64,000 bases of DNA, taken from assembly GCA_963702895.1 (NCBI GenBank), contig OY969767.1, forward strand, positions 448,001 through 512,000. Direction: 5' to 3'. The DNA is from an uncultured Elusimicrobia bacterium. Its GTDB lineage: Bacteria; Elusimicrobiota; Elusimicrobia; 2-01-FULL-59-12. A program made the position numbers and the translations under genes. Positions 60,011 to 64,000 of the stretch are shown one piece after another (the stretch's first letter is position 1; each line of letters opens with the position of its first letter). The notes beneath the pieces were generated by a model. That model saw nothing but the letters and a program-made list of their open reading frames with translations, had not been told where the DNA came from and searched no databases.

Positions 60011-60179
60011 GAACGGCGGCAGACCGGAGCGGCGGCTTGCCGGAGTGGCGGTGAGTGGTAGCCTTAATAAAAGAGTACCTATCACCGATGTTCTGGAGGG
60101 CCGATTCTCTGGAGGGCCGATGTTCGGGAGCGCCGACAAGGAGACCCGCCTACGCTCAAGCTACGGCGGGCAAGCCCGG
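60001..60179 (+). repeat. Module Y, copy 1
   Basis: Apparently identical to 62988-63166; diverged copy at about 37555-37685. Confidence 0.9.
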
Positions 60180-60306
60180 CGAACTTCCGACACGGGGACG
60201 CGACCCCCCCCCCCCCCCCCATCACGTTACGAGGATTTTGAGTTTCACTCGCCGCCTCTCCAGGATTACCGCCTCTGCACGACACCTGCCGTTCGCGCGC
60301 ACATAT

Positions 60307-62121
60307 CCCAAATAATCCGATAAGCCACCCCTGACGTCATCCCCCGCGGCCGTCAGCGGGGGATCCATCGACGGCCTTGGTGTAGGTGTTGGTGGCGGGA
60401 TCGAAGACGAAGGGTTTCACTTATTGGGTGAAAAATGAGGGGTCAACACAGGAGGCTTTGAAAAAGGGTGCAGCGCGTGATTTTACAGCGACGCGCAGAG
60501 GCAATAAAATACCTCGCAAGCCAGAGTGGAATCTGAACTGCGAGGTGCTTTTATGTTACTGAAGAACTTGGACGTATACAAGGTCTCGACGACGGATCAA
60601 GCGGTGACGAGTTTTGCAGGGCTGCCGTTGTTGTTGGGGACGGCACGGAGCCTGGGGTTGGAGGAGCGGCTCAATGCGCTGCCGGTGAAGGAGCGGGCGC
60701 GGGGATACGATCCTGCCGAGAGTATTTTGGGGTTGATGGGATCGATCCAGGCGGGCGGGGAAGCGCTCGAAGACATCGGGCTGCTGCAAGGGGACGAGGG
60801 GATACGGCGCTTGCTGGGGGATTTTCCGGCAGCGAACACGTTGGGCGAATTTCTTCGGCGTTTTGGGCGCAAGACGATTCATGGGTTGGGATGGGTCCAG
60901 CTCAAGACGGCGGCGAAGGTGATCCGGGCCTGCGAGCTGTCTATTGTGACGATCGATATCGACGCTTATTTTTTGGAGTCACAGAAGGAAGGCGTCTTGA
61001 TGAATTACGATGGACTGGAAGGGTATTGTCCGGTGATGGTCAGTTGCGCGGAGCTGAAGATGCCGCTGGCCGGGGCGTTTCGGGCAGGCAATGCGAGCCC
61101 GATGGCGAACCTGGCGAGTTTGTTGCGGCGGGTCTTGCGGCAGTTTTCCGGTTTGCGGATGAGGGCGCGCTCAGACAGCGCGGGGTATCAGGCGAAGGTG
61201 GTTCGGGAATTGGATCGGGCCGGGGTGGACTTCACCATCACGGCGCGCAAGGATGATGCCGTTTTGGAAGCGATTCGGTCGATTCCGGAGAAGGCCTGGA
61301 AGAAGTACAACTCGCCGGTCTATCCCCATAAGGGATCTGAGATTGCCGAGACGGTGCATGCTTTTGGGGAGGCGGACAAGGATATCGCCGCATTTCGGTT
61401 GGTCGTGGTGCGCTGGCAGCAGGAGCCGCAAGGCGAGCTTTTCGATAAGGAGCACTTTGAATACCATGCGGTGGCGACGCGGTTCACATGGGAACCGGGA
61501 TTGGTTCTGCAATTTCACCGTAACCGGCAGGATGGGTCGGAGAACGTGAACCGGGAGATGAAGAGCGAGGGTGGGTTTGGATTATCCAAGCTGCCGTGCC
61601 GGGATTTTATGGCCAATGCCGCCTATTTCCAGATCGCGATGTTGGCGTCGGTGGTCACGGCAGCCTTCAAGCATTTGGTTCTGCCGAAAGCCTGGCAGAG
61701 CTTCACGATCCAGACGCTGCGGCACCGGCTGATCCGCTTGGCCGGGACAGTGTGCCGGAAGTCGCGCTATCTGTGGTTAAAGATTCCGGAAAACTACCCG
61801 TTCCGGCGGGTTTTTGAAGAGGCGCGCTATGGCGTGTTGGGGCTGTCTGTGGTGATCGCGTCTACCGGTTGATTGACGGGACGGCGACACCGAAGGCATC
61901 GACGGAGGGAAAGAACCGAACAGAGGGTCGGAGCGGCGAAAACTGCCGCAAAAGGCCGACAATTGATCAGACGGTAGTCTGAACCGCCTCCGAGGGAAGC
62001 CAAGGGTACCCGAAGCAGGCGAGAAACCTGGTCGCCGCGGCGACCGAGCGGTGAAAAATTGGGACCTATGTGTGGCCTACGTCAAAACGCAGCGCTGCAG
62101 AAAATTACCGGAGCTTTTGGG
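60307..62121 (+). mobile_element. IS1380-family insertion sequence
   Basis: Imperfect terminal IRs cccaaataatccg / cggagcttttggg, flanked by an ACATAT direct repeat. Confidence 0.75.
60553..61872 (+). CDS. IS1380 family DDE transposase
   Basis: TSFAGL, IDID, GY.P, R.GNA, RSDSAGY, EN.NRE.K, FMANAAY. Confidence 0.9.
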   Translation: MLLKNLDVYKVSTTDQAVTSFAGLPLLLGTARSLGLEERLNALPVKERARGYDPAESILGLMGSIQAGGEALEDIGLLQGDEGIRRLLGDFPAANTLGEFLRRFGRKTIHGLGWVQLKTAAKVIRACELSIVTIDIDAYFLESQKEGVLMNYDGLEGYCPVMVSCAELKMPLAGAFRAGNASPMANLASLLRRVLRQFSGLRMRARSDSAGYQAKVVRELDRAGVDFTITARKDDAVLEAIRSIPEKAWKKYNSPVYPHKGSEIAETVHAFGEADKDIAAFRLVVVRWQQEPQGELFDKEHFEYHAVATRFTWEPGLVLQFHRNRQDGSENVNREMKSEGGFGLSKLPCRDFMANAAYFQIAMLASVVTAAFKHLVLPKAWQSFTIQTLRHRLIRLAGTVCRKSRYLWLKIPENYPFRRVFEEARYGVLGLSVVIASTG

Positions 62122-62170
62122 ACATATTTGACCACTTGCACGGTAGGCGCTAATGTGTTAAACTAACCGC

Positions 62171-62461
62171 GTGATCAAGGACTTTGGCGATGCTAGTTCA
62201 GAGGACTTCTTTCATGGGGTTTCTTCGAAGGCGGCGCGTAAGATCCCGCAAAATCTGGCATCTGTCGCGCATCGAAAATTGGACATGCTGAATGCCGCTC
62301 AAACACTGGCTGATTTGACAGCGCCTCCCGCCAACCGATTGGAAGCTTTGAAAGGGGACCGGAAGGGTTACCACAGTATCCGGGTCAACGATCAATTTCG
62401 GGTTATTTTTAGGTGGGTGGACGGCCATGCCCATGAGGTCCAGATCGTTGATTATCATTAG
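62171..62461 (+). CDS. higB: HigB (RelE-like) toxin
   Basis: RKLDML..PPANRLEALKGDR.G.HSIRVNDQFR..F.W..DYH. Confidence 0.95.
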   Translation: MIKDFGDASSEDFFHGVSSKAARKIPQNLASVAHRKLDMLNAAQTLADLTAPPANRLEALKGDRKGYHSIRVNDQFRVIFRWVDGHAHEVQIVDYH

Positions 62462-62490
62462 ACGGAAAGTCATCGAGAAAGGAGGCTAGA

Positions 62491-62763
62491 ATGATCCCAT
62501 CCCACCGCGAACCCACTCATCCCGGGGAGGTGCTTCTGCAGGAGTTTTTGAAGCCCCTGAAAGTGAGCCAAAGCGCGCTAGCGGCCAAGCTGGGGGTTTC
62601 ACTCCAGCGGGTGAATACCTTAATCAATGGCAAGCGCGATATCACGGCGGAAACTGCCGTGCTCCTGGCTCAATTCTTTAAGACCACACCTGAATTCTGG
62701 ATGAATCTGCAGGTTGCCTGCGACCTCTACGAGGCCAAAAAGCGTCTGCTCCATGCGGCATAG
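62491..62763 (+). CDS. higA: HigA antitoxin
   Basis: PTHPGE.L..EFL.P; IT..TA..LA..F.TTPEFWMNLQ. Confidence 0.95.
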   Translation: MIPSHREPTHPGEVLLQEFLKPLKVSQSALAAKLGVSLQRVNTLINGKRDITAETAVLLAQFFKTTPEFWMNLQVACDLYEAKKRLLHAA

Positions 62764-62798
62764 AACGGTGACGCAGCGCCCTAGGCCATAAGGACCGC

Positions 62799-62890
62799 TC
62801 CTCGGAAATTCGGTAAGTGTGTAACACCCCCTGCCCGGGCGTAAGCTCCGGCGGGGGGGTGTATTGTTGGACCGAGCTAGCGTGTCGGCG
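62799..62890 (+). repeat. Module H, copy 3 (diverged)
   Basis: Same ends and apex as copies 1 and 2, with compensatory stem changes. Confidence 0.85.
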
Positions 62891-62987
62891 AATGGACGAA
62901 CCGGCGAATCGGCGCACCGGCGAACCGGCGAGTGGGCGAGACGGCGACCCGCCTACGCTAAAGCTACGGCGGGCAAGCCCGGAGAAG

Positions 62988-63166
62988 CGGCGAACCGGAA
63001 CGGCGGCAGACCGGAGCGGCGGCTTGCCGGAGTGGCGGTGAGTGGTAGCCTTAATAAAAGAGTACCTATCACCGATGTTCTGGAGGGCCGATTCTCTGGA
63101 GGGCCGATGTTCGGGAGCGCCGACAAGGAGACCCGCCTACGCTCAAGCTACGGCGGGCAAGCCCGG
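62988..63166 (+). repeat. Module Y, copy 2
   Basis: Matches 60001-60179. Confidence 0.9.
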
Positions 63167-63269
63167 GGACGGCGGGCGAAGTGCAATATGTTTGGGCGCC
63201 TTTGACGTTTGATAGACACGCCTATTAAATATACTAGACAGATCTATTATATTCTGCTATCCTTGCAGC

Positions 63270-64000
63270 ATGCTGACCCGGGAATTTGTTCGAACGTTGG
63301 TCCAACGAATGCGGGAACCCTCGCCGCTCATTCAAGTGGTCTTAGGACCGCGCCAGGTGGGGAAGACCACCGGCGTGCTGCAGATGAAAGAGACGTATGC
63401 CGGGCCATCGTTTTACGCGACGGCCGATGACACCTTGTCCGTCTCCAACCGGTGGATCCAGGAGCAATGGCAGGCCGCGCTGGAAAAGGGCCCTGGGACG
63501 GTGCTCATCATCGATGAGATTCAGAAGATCCAGAACTGGGCGGAAGTGATCAAGCGGCTTTGGGACGCCCAGGCGCGTTCTTCCCAAAAGTTGAAGTGCG
63601 TGCTGCTGGGGTCTAGTTCGCTCACCCTGCAAAAGGGACTCACGGAGAGCCTGGCGGGCCGCTTTGAGCTCGTGGCGGTGCATCACTGGAGCTACCCGGA
63701 ATGGCACGAAGCCTTCGGGGACGACCTGGAGGCGTTCTTGCGTTACGGCGGGTACCCCGCGGCGCACGCCTATCAGAACGACTACCCCCGGTGGTTCTCC
63801 TATCTGAAGTCTTCCGTCGTCGATATGGTGGTCGGCCAGGATATCCTGGCCCAGCAAACCGTTGCCAAACCAGCACTCTTCCGACAGGCATTCGAAATTC
63901 TTTGCGGCTATCCGGCGCAGGAGGTCAGTTACACCACACTTTTGGGACAACTTCACGACCGCGGCAATACCGATCTGGTCAAACATTATCTGGAACTCTA
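63270..64000 (+). CDS. AAA ATPase (AAA_14/DUF4143 type), runs off the window
   Basis: Translated by hand: MLTREF..GPRQVGKTT, IIDEIQK, LGSS, ESLAGRF, YGGYP. Confidence 0.9.
   Translation, partial: MLTREFVRTLVQRMREPSPLIQVVLGPRQVGKTTGVLQMKETYAGPSFYATADDTLSVSNRWIQEQWQAALEKGPGTVLIIDEIQKIQNWAEVIKRLWDAQARSSQKLKCVLLGSSSLTLQKGLTESLAGRFELVAVHHWSYPEWHEAFGDDLEAFLRYGGYPAAHAYQNDYPRWFSYLKSSVVDMVVGQDILAQQTVAKPALFRQAFEILCGYPAQEVSYTTLLGQLHDRGNTDLVKHYLEL

Noticed and set aside
59803..60323. ORFs with ANRRTGEW / RRFADSPT repeats (and similar ORFs at 58230-58739)
   Set aside because: Open frames are a by-product of tandem repeats on both strands; no RBS or domain signal.

Overview
Window of GC-rich bacterial chromosome. 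Housekeeping content: K+-independent H+-PPase, a Methylomonas-type C30 carotenoid operon (crtN-ald-crtNb-DUF2141-crtQ-crtO, no crtM), P-type ATPase, TMEM175, ADH, rimO, leuB, xth, an old yellow enzyme, and an amtB-glnK-gltB-gltD block behind an ANTAR-type antiterminator. Accessory content: a 3324-aa membrane protein carrying cytoplasmic enzyme modules (degenerate RelA/SpoT, a second HD hydrolase, a MidA-like methyltransferase), a group II intron, IS110, IS1380 and six toxin-antitoxin pairs. The most striking structure is at 53.5-64 kb, where four conserved non-coding modules (named here X, L, H, Y) recur in order around unrelated cargo: TA pairs, two different secreted 4-Cys peptides and an AAA ATPase. 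Several palindromic or heptamer repeats are also inserted in frame in rimO and leuB, and flank a four-helix-bundle gene between gltB and gltD. All calls were made by eye from motifs, with no database search. The giant protein and repeat style suggest an Elusimicrobiota/Omnitrophota-like lineage, but that is only inference.
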